Assembly: GCA_965224025.1 (NCBI GenBank)
Contig: OZ245033.1
Location: 2,080,001-2,144,000 of the forward strand
DNA: 64,000 nt
Origin: Candidatus Multivorans sp.
GTDB lineage: Bacteria > Acidobacteriota > Thermoanaerobaculia > Multivoradales > Multivoraceae
Direction: 5' to 3'
In this document: piece by piece, positions 49,190 to 57,404 of the stretch
Position numbering within the stretch: position 1 is the first letter of the stretch
Layout of the letters: every line of letters begins with the position of its first letter
The notes under the pieces: model-generated
The model's database searches: none
Told to the model about the DNA's origin: nothing
What the model saw: the letters and a program-made list of their open reading frames with translations, nothing else
Program-made: the position numbers and the translations under genes

Positions 49190-50590
49190 CTTGCATGGAA
49201 CAAAGTAGCGAAGCGGCGTTGGTTCAAGAGGATGCAGGGGTTTTCATGCGGCTTGTTCAGCGGCGACGAGCTTCAGGTTGAGGCGTCTGGCCTGACGCTG
49301 CAGGTTCCTGATCTGTCGTTCGCGTCGGACGGCCTCCATCTCGGCGAGGTCGCGTTCGACGTACTCTTCGCCGTGGGTGATCATGGCGAAGATCGTGCGG
49401 GCCAGCTTGTGGGCGATGGCCTTGACGGCCTTGGCGGTGTCCATGCGGTGCATTCGGCGTCGGTGCGCTGCGCCGATCGCGGTCTTGCTGTTGCGGGCGG
49501 TGGTTGCGGCCATTCGCAGCGCCTGGCCGACGCGGTTGACGTGTTGTCTGGGCTTGCCCTTGAGGCGTTTGTCGCCGCTGATGTTGGTCGGCGGGGCCAG
49601 ACACAGCCATGAGCAGAAGTTGCCCTGCGAGGGAAACCGGGACAGGTCCGGGCCGATCTCGGCGGCGAACGTCAGCGCGGTTTCGACGCCAATCGTCGGG
49701 ATGGCGACCAGGTCGACTCCGAGCATGCGGTGCAGCCGCTCGCGCAGGGCGTGCTCGCGGCGCTTCGAGTCCGGCGGCGAAGCCTCGCCGTCGCCGTCGT
49801 CAGCCAGCTCGTCGAGTTCGGCGTCGATGCGCTCCTCGCAGTTCTCGATCTGGCCCTGCAGCATGTCGTGGCGCGCCAGCGCCTGCCTGAGGGCGAACAG
49901 ATGCTCGTCGCGCCAATTGCCCTCGAGACTCGCTGCGATCACAGCCGCGCTCGCCTTGCACCGGCCGTCGCGGTGGCGGGCCAGCGCCTCGCCGTCCCGC
50001 TCGCCGGCCCCGATCGCGCGCACGATCAGTTGGCCGGTCTTGCCCATGATGTCGCTGAGCACGTTGTCCAACTGCACGTTCATCTGCACGAGCGCCTTCT
50101 GAACGTGCTGCACCGAACGGCTGCGGTCGCGGATCAACTGCCCGCGCTGACGCGTATAGGAACGCAGCGGGCACAGCGCGTCCGGCGCACGAAACGCGCT
50201 GCGCAGCAACCCGTAGCTCATCAACTGCCGGATCCACTGACAGTCCAGCACGTCGCTCTTGCGACCGCTCACCTGCTTCGTCGCCTTCGGATTCACCAGG
50301 TAGACCTCGAAACCCGCTCGGTCGAGCACCTCGAACACCGGGATCCAGTACACGCCCGTGGACTCCAACGCCACCTGACGCACGCCGCGCGTCTCAAGCC
50401 ACGACGCCGTCGCCTCGAGATCGCGTGTGAACGACCCGAAGCTGTGCACCGGGCGCTCGAAACGCGACGGGTCCACCGCCACGTAGTGCTTGCGCTTGCC
50501 CACGTCGATCCCCGCACAATCCGGGTGAACGACTTCCAGACTCTCCGCCTTCCTGCTCGCCATCTCCAGCACCTCCTGTACGATTCAAAT
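49190..50590 (-). mobile_element. IS110-family element, copy 2, left end truncated by IS1595
   Basis: Same 15-bp right-end motif (49190-49204); only 27 bp between ATG and the IS1595 TIR. Confidence 0.85.
49244..50563 (-). CDS. IS110-family DEDD recombinase/transposase
   Basis: GIDVGK, ALESTGVYW, KSDVLDC, NISGDK; AGGAGG RBS; close but non-identical paralogue of 28919-30238. Confidence 0.96.
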   Translation of the reverse strand: MASRKAESLEVVHPDCAGIDVGKRKHYVAVDPSRFERPVHSFGSFTRDLEATASWLETRGVRQVALESTGVYWIPVFEVLDRAGFEVYLVNPKATKQVSGRKSDVLDCQWIRQLMSYGLLRSAFRAPDALCPLRSYTRQRGQLIRDRSRSVQHVQKALVQMNVQLDNVLSDIMGKTGQLIVRAIGAGERDGEALARHRDGRCKASAAVIAASLEGNWRDEHLFALRQALARHDMLQGQIENCEERIDAELDELADDGDGEASPPDSKRREHALRERLHRMLGVDLVAIPTIGVETALTFAAEIGPDLSRFPSQGNFCSWLCLAPPTNISGDKRLKGKPRQHVNRVGQALRMAATTARNSKTAIGAAHRRRMHRMDTAKAVKAIAHKLARTIFAMITHGEEYVERDLAEMEAVRRERQIRNLQRQARRLNLKLVAAEQAA

Positions 50591-50595
50591 GGGGA

Positions 50596-50778
50596 TTATA
50601 CACTAGACTTGATAGCGGGGTCGGCTTGAACCTGCGGTGGCAAACGCTTCGTGACGGCTTCGGGTGCGTTTGGACGGTAGCGTAGAAGCGCAAGCGTGAC
50701 CTGCGCGGGCGTAGCGTCGCCGTACTCGGCTTTGTACACCTTCTTGTGTTCCGTGTGGCGCTTCGGCTTCTTGGGCAA
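50596..50778 (-). CDS. Small basic hypothetical protein at transposon end
   Basis: 60 aa; GGAGG RBS right after the MTase stop; its stop codon lies in the TIR. Confidence 0.5.
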   Translation of the reverse strand: MPKKPKRHTEHKKVYKAEYGDATPAQVTLALLRYRPNAPEAVTKRLPPQVQADPAIKSSV

Positions 50779-50791
50779 CGCTTCCTCCCTG

Positions 50792-52239
50792 CTATCCGGT
50801 GAACATGTCGGTCTGAACTGCTTTGCCGGTGTACGGGTCGGCCATCGCGGGTAGGTGAGGACGGACGCCCCTCAGATACTCCTCTGCGGACCAGAACTGG
50901 AGCCGAGGGTAGCGCGTCGCGCCTACGCGGTACTCGCCCATCGCCTTGGCAGCCGCGCGGGCACTGGACGTTGTGACGCGCTTCAAGGTGACGAAGATGC
51001 CCGCCGTGGCGTTCTCGCGGCCCATCGTGCCCTCGAAGTCCCGCAGCGCCGATGCGGTGTACCCCCCCCTTCACCTGAGCGAGCACCAAGCCTGTTTCAT
51101 CGTCCGGCACGGTGAACATCCTGCCGCGCCCGTCGATGCCGCCGTCGCCTACCTGGACCTCGTTCGCCGCCAGCCCGTCCACCGACGTAACGATCCACGC
51201 CTCGAAGTCGAACGGGTTGTTGCGTAGCAGGAGCCGTGCGCCTTCAACATCTGTCGGGATACCGAAGATCTGGATACTCGCATCCTTGAGCCTGCGGTCA
51301 CGCACAAGGCGAGTGGCGAACGGTGAAAGGTCGATGCCGACCCACTGCCGTTGCAGTCGATTCGCCGCGTCTATCGTCGTGCCACAACCGCAGAACGGGT
51401 CAAGCACCAAGTCACCTTCCCTAGAAGACGCCTTGATGATGCGATCCAACAGCGCACGGGGCTTCTGTGTTGGATAGCCTAATCTCTCCCTCGATGCTGG
51501 TTGCAAACAGGGTATCCGCCACACATTGTCAATGGTTCTATGTGTCTTGGTCTGGTACATCAGCCGACCGTCTTCGTCTCGCTTGTTGACCATGCGGCCG
51601 TTGACTTTGGCTCGTACAAGCTGCTTGACGGGCTTTTCGCGGCGTTCTTGAAGTTGTTCAAACGAAAAACCGGAGTCCACATCCTTGACATAGAAGAAGA
51701 TTGTGTCCGTGGCGGCAGCAAACAGCTTCTTCCGGCTGTCGTGCATCTTGTTGTAGTTAGTACCAGTGGAGTTCGCTTCGGCGATTGTTCGCTCCGAAGA
51801 TCGCGTCCATGAGCATCTTCAGGTACGCGCCCGCCGTGTGGTCACAGTGCAGGTAGATGGAGCCGGTCGGCTTGAGCAGGCGCTTGCACTCCGCGAGCCG
51901 CTCGGCCATGTAGGTGAGGTACGCGAGCATCCCCGATGGACCTAGCGCCATGTGCAGGCCGACTACCGCCTTGTGCGCGGGATGCGCGACTGCACGGCTG
52001 AAACGGTCGTACCGCTCGGCCGCCGAGTCGTTCCATGTCCATGTGTCGGTGAACGCCCGAACTTGGGCCGGCACGCCGTTCTCGGTGCCGAACAACTGGT
52101 TGTAGTCCGCCTTCGAGTTGAACGGCGGATCGAGGTAGATCAGATCCACCGACTCGGCTGGCCAACCGCCCATGACTTCGAGGCAGTCGCCGTAGTAGAG
52201 GCTGTTTGGAACCAGACTGAACGAACCGAGGATGGTCAT
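50792..52239 (-). pseudogene. Beta-class N6A/N4C DNA methyltransferase fused to Mrr-like PD-(D/E)xK nuclease, two +1 frameshifts
   Basis: LIYLDPPF, GYPTQKP, VLDPFCGCGTT; FEAW..DGGIDG..QVKGG; frame breaks near 51758 and at G8 tract 51062-51069. Confidence 0.85.
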
Positions 52240-53222
52240 GCGGCGGCCTCGCGCGCGCCCGACGGCAGGCCGTTGTCGGCGATCAGGTCACGATAGCGGA
52301 GCCGCTTGCCCGCGAGTCCCTCCGTGACGGCGACCATCTGCGCCAGCGTGTCGTACTCGCGGATGTTCTGCCGACCCGCGAACTCATCGACGTAGCGTTG
52401 CAGGTGCTTCGGACTGATCTTGTGGAACACACCCTTGTGCGCCCGCTTGAGCATCGACCAGAAGCTCTCGATCGAGTTCGTGTGGACCTTGCCGTCCACG
52501 TACTCGCCGACCGAGTGCTTCACCGTGCCACGCTCGTACTCGGTCAGACCGCTGTACGCCCCGGTATCGTCGCTGTACACCATCGCGCCGGGTTCGACGT
52601 GCTCGCGCACGAACGCCTGTAGGGTCTCGCCGTCGGTGGAGCGGACCACCTTCGCCGCGACCTTCTTGGTCTCGCGGTCCTTGATGCCCACCACGGCGGT
52701 CTTGCCGACCGTGCCGCGACCTTCAAGCTCCGCACGCTTCCACTTCGGCATGTTCTTCCGCAGACCGCCGAAGTACGTCTCGTCCACTTCGGCGGGACCG
52801 TCGAACCGGACTTCCGGCCCTTCGGCGGCGAACGCTTCGCGGATGCGCTGGAGCATGTGCCAAGCGGTCTTCTGAGTGACGCCTAGGTCACGGTGCAGTT
52901 TCATGCTCGATACGCCCTTGAGCGATGTGAGTTCGAGGTAGATCGCGTAGAGCCACGTCAACAGAGGCAACGGCGAACCAGCCATGAGCGTGCCGGTCTT
53001 GACGCTGAAGTACCGCTTGCAGTCGCGGCAGCGGTACGGCATCTGCTTGTGCTTGCATGCGTGCGTGTTGTCGCCGCCGCAGTTCGGGCACCACTTCACT
53101 CCATCGGGCCAAAGGTACGTCTCGAACCAGTCTCGCGCGGCTGCTTCATCGGGGAACATCCGCGCCAGTTGCACGAACGTCAGTCCCTTGCGGTAAGCCT
53201 TGCCGGGTGCCTTGTGCTTCAT
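52236..53222 (-). CDS. IS1595-family transposase
   Basis: Zn ribbon CPNC..CRDC, HTH (GVTQKTAW), EVDETYFGG, YSDD, HTNSIESFWSMLKR. Confidence 0.96.
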   Translation of the reverse strand: MKHKAPGKAYRKGLTFVQLARMFPDEAAARDWFETYLWPDGVKWCPNCGGDNTHACKHKQMPYRCRDCKRYFSVKTGTLMAGSPLPLLTWLYAIYLELTSLKGVSSMKLHRDLGVTQKTAWHMLQRIREAFAAEGPEVRFDGPAEVDETYFGGLRKNMPKWKRAELEGRGTVGKTAVVGIKDRETKKVAAKVVRSTDGETLQAFVREHVEPGAMVYSDDTGAYSGLTEYERGTVKHSVGEYVDGKVHTNSIESFWSMLKRAHKGVFHKISPKHLQRYVDEFAGRQNIREYDTLAQMVAVTEGLAGKRLRYRDLIADNGLPSGAREAAA

Positions 53223-53250
53223 CGTTTCATCTCCCGTCCAGTGTCCCTAG

Positions 53251-53279
53251 ACACTACGGGAAATCAGCGCCCGTGTCAA
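53251..53279 (-). promoter_or_regulatory. Putative sigma70 promoter of IS1595 transposase, -35 inside the TIR
   Basis: TTGACA-N17-TAGTGT followed by GGGAG and ATG. Confidence 0.6.
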
Positions 53280-53297
53280 GCCTAATATATAATCCCC

Positions 53298-53563
53298 TTC
53301 ACTTTGCTGGAGGTAGCTGGTTAGCACCTCGGGCGTCGGCAGCGAGTAGTCGACGGGTGCGCGCATCAGAAGCCCAACGAGAGTCGTGAACTCGGTGCGC
53401 GTCAGACAGTGCGGTGAGCACGTTCTGGCCAGGCTCTCGGGGGTGATTCCGTCATCCAGATCGAGGACATTGTCTCGCCAGGAGAGGAGGGCGAGCGCGT
53501 GTATGAAGCCCTTGGAGACGCACAGGCGGGTGAGGTTGTCGAAGATCGTCTGCTCGGAGCGCA
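53298..53563 (-). pseudogene. N-terminal fragment of a larger hypothetical protein cut by IS1595
   Basis: MRSEQTIFDNLTRLC..RDN..LTRTEFTTLVGLL reads directly into the TIR; no continuation beyond the other TIR. Confidence 0.6.
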
Positions 53564-53645
53564 TGAATTGGGACTTGGGCTTACCGGGCGAGGTGCGCGG
53601 GAGTTGAAGAATGGGGCGGGGCGGCTTGGCAACGGATCACGTGGT

Positions 53646-54038
53646 TCAGGCTTGCCGGTTGAGCCGGGACCGAACCTGTTCCAGCAGATCCTCGATCCGG
53701 GCGATCGTCTTCGCGCGGTCCAACGCCGGAGCGTCAGGGACGCGGCCCGCATAGCGGAACCGGACCGCATAGGGCGTCAGTTCGACGAGTGCGTTGAGAT
53801 CGATCCCAGGAGACTGCCGGGCGGTCAGAACCTCCAGCAGTTGAGCGATGTCATGCGTGATCGGGTGGGTCTCGCCGAGGAGCGCGATCCAGGCCTTGAC
53901 CAGTTTCTCGGTGGCCTGCTGCGCCAGGAAGCCGGCGATTTCGTCAGCGAAGACCTTCTCGTCCGTCATACCGCGCAGCGCGGAGAGGTCGCGCTCCGCG
54001 GCTTCGACGAGAACCCGGGCGCACTTAGGGTCGCTCAT
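53646..54038 (-). CDS. HEPN domain protein
   Basis: AERDL, QQATEKLVKA, THDI, LTPYAVRFRY. Confidence 0.88.
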   Translation of the reverse strand: MSDPKCARVLVEAAERDLSALRGMTDEKVFADEIAGFLAQQATEKLVKAWIALLGETHPITHDIAQLLEVLTARQSPGIDLNALVELTPYAVRFRYAGRVPDAPALDRAKTIARIEDLLEQVRSRLNRQA

Positions 54039-54360
54039 AGAGAACCTTGCCCTCGCGGAGAGCTCGCGCGACGACGTGGTTCAGCGAATCTCGCCAGTAG
54101 TCCACCTCGTCCCGAGCGTAGAGCAGGATGTCGGTCGGCACCGGGAATCGGGCCAGTCGCTTGCTGAGTCGCACCGTCTGGGCATCGCGCTTCCCTACGG
54201 TGTTGAAGGACTCTGACTGGATGACCAGGAGGTCCACATCGGACTGTTGCTCCTGGTCGCCGCGGGCCTGGGAGCCGAAGAGGATCACCCGCTCGGGACT
54301 CACTTCGGCGACGATCGCGTCGACCATCTGAGCGAGCGTTGCGTTGCTGACCGGAGTCAT
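54025..54360 (-). CDS. Minimal nucleotidyltransferase (MNT)
   Basis: ILFGSQARGD..SDVDLLV, ALREGKVLY; overlaps the HEPN gene. Confidence 0.9.
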   Translation of the reverse strand: MTPVSNATLAQMVDAIVAEVSPERVILFGSQARGDQEQQSDVDLLVIQSESFNTVGKRDAQTVRLSKRLARFPVPTDILLYARDEVDYWRDSLNHVVARALREGKVLYERP

Positions 54361-54368
54361 CTTGGCCG

Positions 54369-54863
54369 TTACCGCCCGTGGTAGAGCGTCGCGTCCTCGG
54401 TGTGCAGGCCCCGCGGGTCGTCGCGGTTCGACTTGTAGAGGCCGCCCTGGGCGTCGACGAGGTCGTCGCTGAAGATCGTCTCGTCGACGGGGATCTCGCT
54501 TGGGCAGGAGATCTCGATCAGGTTGCCTGCCGGGTCGCGGATGAACATCTGCATCGCGCCGTCGGGGAGCCGACGCACCTTGCCCCAGGGTGAGGTGTCG
54601 ATGGCCCCGAGCTCGCGCATGCGGACGAAGATCGAGTCGAAGTCATCGACCTGCAGGCAGACGTGGCCCCGGAAGGAGGTCTGGTCTTCCCATTCCGTGA
54701 CGTGTAGCTGCTGCTCCTCGTTGATCTTGAAGAACTGGGCGGGGAAGTCGAGGTTGAAGGTCGGCAGCGGTTCGAGCCCGAGTTCATGCTCGTAGAAGGC
54801 GCAGGCCTTCTCCAGGTCGTCGACGACGACCGTCGCGTGTTGGATCTGGAGTACGTTGGCCAT
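54369..54863 (-). CDS. VOC/glyoxalase family protein
   Basis: HATVVVDDLEKACAFY..LGL, HVCLQVDD, FIRDPAGNLIEI. Confidence 0.88.
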   Translation of the reverse strand: MANVLQIQHATVVVDDLEKACAFYEHELGLEPLPTFNLDFPAQFFKINEEQQLHVTEWEDQTSFRGHVCLQVDDFDSIFVRMRELGAIDTSPWGKVRRLPDGAMQMFIRDPAGNLIEISCPSEIPVDETIFSDDLVDAQGGLYKSNRDDPRGLHTEDATLYHGR

Positions 54864-54949
54864 TTCGGCCGAGGCTATCGAACCCGATCCGTTGGCGGAC
54901 GACGGCCGGCCTTCTTGATTTTCTATGCCGGATTGGCTATAAAGATGCG

Positions 54950-55276
54950 ATGATCCTCCGAAATCTGGTGCGCGAGGCGCGCAAGCGCGCGGGGCTGACG
55001 CAGGTAGAGCTCGCGGAGCGCGCCGGTGTGCCGCAGTCCACGGTCGCCCGGGTGGAGTCGGGCGCCAGGACACCTTCGACGGACCTGGTCGAGCGGCTGG
55101 TGCGCGCCACCGGCTACGAGATTCGCGTCGGTCTGGGGGAGCCGGATCCCGAGACCGCCGGGCTGTTCGAGCGGACACTGCGGCGCTCGCCGCAGGAGCG
55201 CCTCGCCGACGCTGTCCGGGCCGCGCGATTCGTGCAGCGCGGTCGCCGCGCCCTGGAAAACCGCAGCCGTGACTGA
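54950..55276 (+). CDS. XRE-family HTH protein, putative antitoxin
   Basis: AGLTQVELAERAGVPQSTVARVESG; C-terminal LRRSPQERL. Confidence 0.85.
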   Translation: MILRNLVREARKRAGLTQVELAERAGVPQSTVARVESGARTPSTDLVERLVRATGYEIRVGLGEPDPETAGLFERTLRRSPQERLADAVRAARFVQRGRRALENRSRD

Positions 55277-55778
55277 AGCAGACTTCGATCCGGAGCGAGT
55301 TCTTCGCGCCCTGTCCGACGCCGAGGTCCGCTACGTCCTGATCGGCGGCATGGCTGCGATCATGCACGGTGACGCAGGCGTAACGCTCGATCTCGACATC
55401 GCCCCCGCCTTCGACCCCGGCAACCTGGAACGTCTGGCCGCCGCCCTGCGATCCCTCGGTGTGCGCATCCGTGCCGAGGGCAGCCCGCTAGGTGTCTCGT
55501 TCGATTGTTCGGGCGCCTTCCTGCGCAACCTCGGACGGGACGCGGTTCTGAACCTGACAACGCAGGCGGGCGACATCGACGTGGTTTTCACACCCACCGG
55601 TACGCAGGGCTTTCGGGATCTAAAGCGTGATGCCATCTCCATCGATGCCGCGGGCGTCACCATCCTCGTCGCGTCGCTGGCCGACATCATCCGCTCGAAG
55701 GCCGCCGCCGACCGTGAGAAGGACAGGCGGGCCTTGCCGAGGCTGCGCTCGCTGCTGGAACGTACAGCGAGCCGCTGA
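55269..55778 (+). CDS. Nucleotidyltransferase-fold protein, putative toxin
   Basis: YVLIGGMA..HG..TLDLD, SLADIIRSK..REKD; overlaps the HTH gene. Confidence 0.8.
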   Translation: MTEADFDPERVLRALSDAEVRYVLIGGMAAIMHGDAGVTLDLDIAPAFDPGNLERLAAALRSLGVRIRAEGSPLGVSFDCSGAFLRNLGRDAVLNLTTQAGDIDVVFTPTGTQGFRDLKRDAISIDAAGVTILVASLADIIRSKAAADREKDRRALPRLRSLLERTASR

Positions 55779-55810
55779 TGGGGCCTCGTCCAGTCCACGG
55801 ATCGAACGCC

Positions 55811-56698
55811 TCAGCGGATCAGCGGCAGGAGTTCCTCGGCCGAGCGCTGCGTGAGCATCGTGTAGAACTCGTCGCTCAGCAGGTTGCTGCCGTGGTCCTC
55901 GATGAACTTCTTCTGCTCCGGCGTGATGTCGGTCGGCTCGGTCTCCACCGCGTTCGGATGGCGGTTGGCCGGCGTGCGGTCGATCGAGGCCACGAACTCG
56001 ACGGTCAGGGCGCCGTCGTAGCCGACCTCTCGTAGCGTCTCGACGATCGCCGCCCAGTCGAGCGCGCCCATGCCGGGGGCCATCCGGTTGCTGTCGGCGA
56101 CGTGGAAGTCGACGAGACGGCTGCCGGCCTTGCGGATGGAGCCCAGGACGTCGTCGTCCTCCATGTTCATGTGGAAGGCGTCGAGGCAGACGCCGCAGTC
56201 CGGCCCGGTCGCTTCGGCGAGCGCCAGCGCCTGGTCGCCGCGGTTGATGAAGTAGGTCTCGAAGCGGTTGATCGGCTCGATCGCGAGCAGCACGCCCGCG
56301 GCCCGACCGTGCTCGTAGATCGCGCGCATGCTCTCGACCGCCCACCGCCACTCGTTCTCGGGCGTCGAGTCGGGGTCCACCTTGCCTACCGTCCCCGGAA
56401 CGACCGACATCTCGTGGCCGTCGAGCTCCTTCACCATCGTGATGCAGTCCTTGACGTACTGGATGGAGTTGGCGCGCTCGGCCTCGTCCCTGGCGATCAG
56501 GCTGCGGCCCTCCATCATCAACGTGACGGAGCCCCAGCAGCGAAGGCCGTACTGCTTCAGCAGGGCGCCGACCTCGGCCGTGTCGTAGAGCTCCGGCTCG
56601 CCGCTGATCTCGAGCGACTCGTAGCCGAACTGCTTGAGCCGCGCCAGAGTCTTCTCAAGCGGTTCGGCGCGCATCCAGTTGTGCATGGACAGGTGCAT
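55811..56698 (-). CDS. Sugar phosphate isomerase/epimerase (ketose 3-epimerase family)
   Basis: IEPINRFE, LDAFHMNME, HVADSNR..PG, VEF. Confidence 0.9.
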   Translation of the reverse strand: MHLSMHNWMRAEPLEKTLARLKQFGYESLEISGEPELYDTAEVGALLKQYGLRCWGSVTLMMEGRSLIARDEAERANSIQYVKDCITMVKELDGHEMSVVPGTVGKVDPDSTPENEWRWAVESMRAIYEHGRAAGVLLAIEPINRFETYFINRGDQALALAEATGPDCGVCLDAFHMNMEDDDVLGSIRKAGSRLVDFHVADSNRMAPGMGALDWAAIVETLREVGYDGALTVEFVASIDRTPANRHPNAVETEPTDITPEQKKFIEDHGSNLLSDEFYTMLTQRSAEELLPLIR

Positions 56699-56861
56699 GG
56701 CAGGTCTCCCGTTGGTGCGGGGGAAGATAGCAGGGGCGACATGCCCAAAGGCGCCAAGGATTCGCTGTTCTCATGCGTCATACCGATGAGTTGGGATGGC
56801 AGAAGCGGTTCAGCACGTCGTCGTGGCCAGGTGGGCATCCGCCGAGCGGTGCCCTAGTAGG

Positions 56862-57404
56862 GTGACTGGCGTGCCGAGGCGTGACGAGGACCTGGTGCGG
56901 GCTGCGGCCCTGGGTGATCGCGAGGCCTTTGCAGAGTTACTGGACCTTCACTACCACCGGATTTTCCGGTTCTGCTTCCGGCTGACCGGAAGTCGGGACG
57001 AGGCGGAGGATCTGGCGCAGGACATCTGTCTTGCCCTGCCGGCGAAGTTGAAGAGCTTCCGCGGTAGGGCGCGACTTTCGACTTGGCTCTATCGGGTCGC
57101 CATGAACGCGGCGCACGACCGACGTCGCCGCGCGAAGAGCAGGACGAAGGCTGCTGAAGGTTGGGGAGACTGGGAAGTGAACCGCCGCGCGGCGGTAACG
57201 GAGAGGGCTGAGGATCTCGACTGGCTGCGTCGCTCGATGGCGGCGCTGCCGGACGATCTGCGGGACACGGTGGCGCTCACGCTGGACGGCGAGATGACCC
57301 ACGCCGAGGCCGCTGTGGTTCTCGGAGTCTCCGAAGGCACCGTCAGTTGGCGGCTCTCGGAGGTGCGCAAGCGCCTTCTGGCGATGCGGCGAGAGGAAGG
57401 ATGA
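56862..57404 (+). CDS. ECF RNA polymerase sigma factor
   Basis: GDREAF, AEDLAQD, TWLYRVAMN, EAAVVLGVSEGTVSWRL; start uncertain. Confidence 0.92.
   Translation: MTGVPRRDEDLVRAAALGDREAFAELLDLHYHRIFRFCFRLTGSRDEAEDLAQDICLALPAKLKSFRGRARLSTWLYRVAMNAAHDRRRRAKSRTKAAEGWGDWEVNRRAAVTERAEDLDWLRRSMAALPDDLRDTVALTLDGEMTHAEAAVVLGVSEGTVSWRLSEVRKRLLAMRREEG

Larger units (their letters stand above)
50591..53297 (-). mobile_element. IS1595-family transposon with passenger genes
   Basis: 24-bp imperfect TIRs GGGGATTATACACTAGACTTGATA (50591-50614) and GGGGATTATATATTAGGCTTGACA (rc of 53274-53297), 20/24 identical. Confidence 0.92.

Noticed and set aside
28720-50590. Composite transposon bounded by the two IS110 copies
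   Set aside because: Copies are divergent, copy 2 is truncated, and the enclosed DNA includes core genes (lptD, mltG, ruvX).
50394-51060. C-terminal half of the 450-aa ORF 50394-51746
   Set aside because: Out-of-frame read-through after the G8 slip; it crosses the TIR into the IS110 gene.
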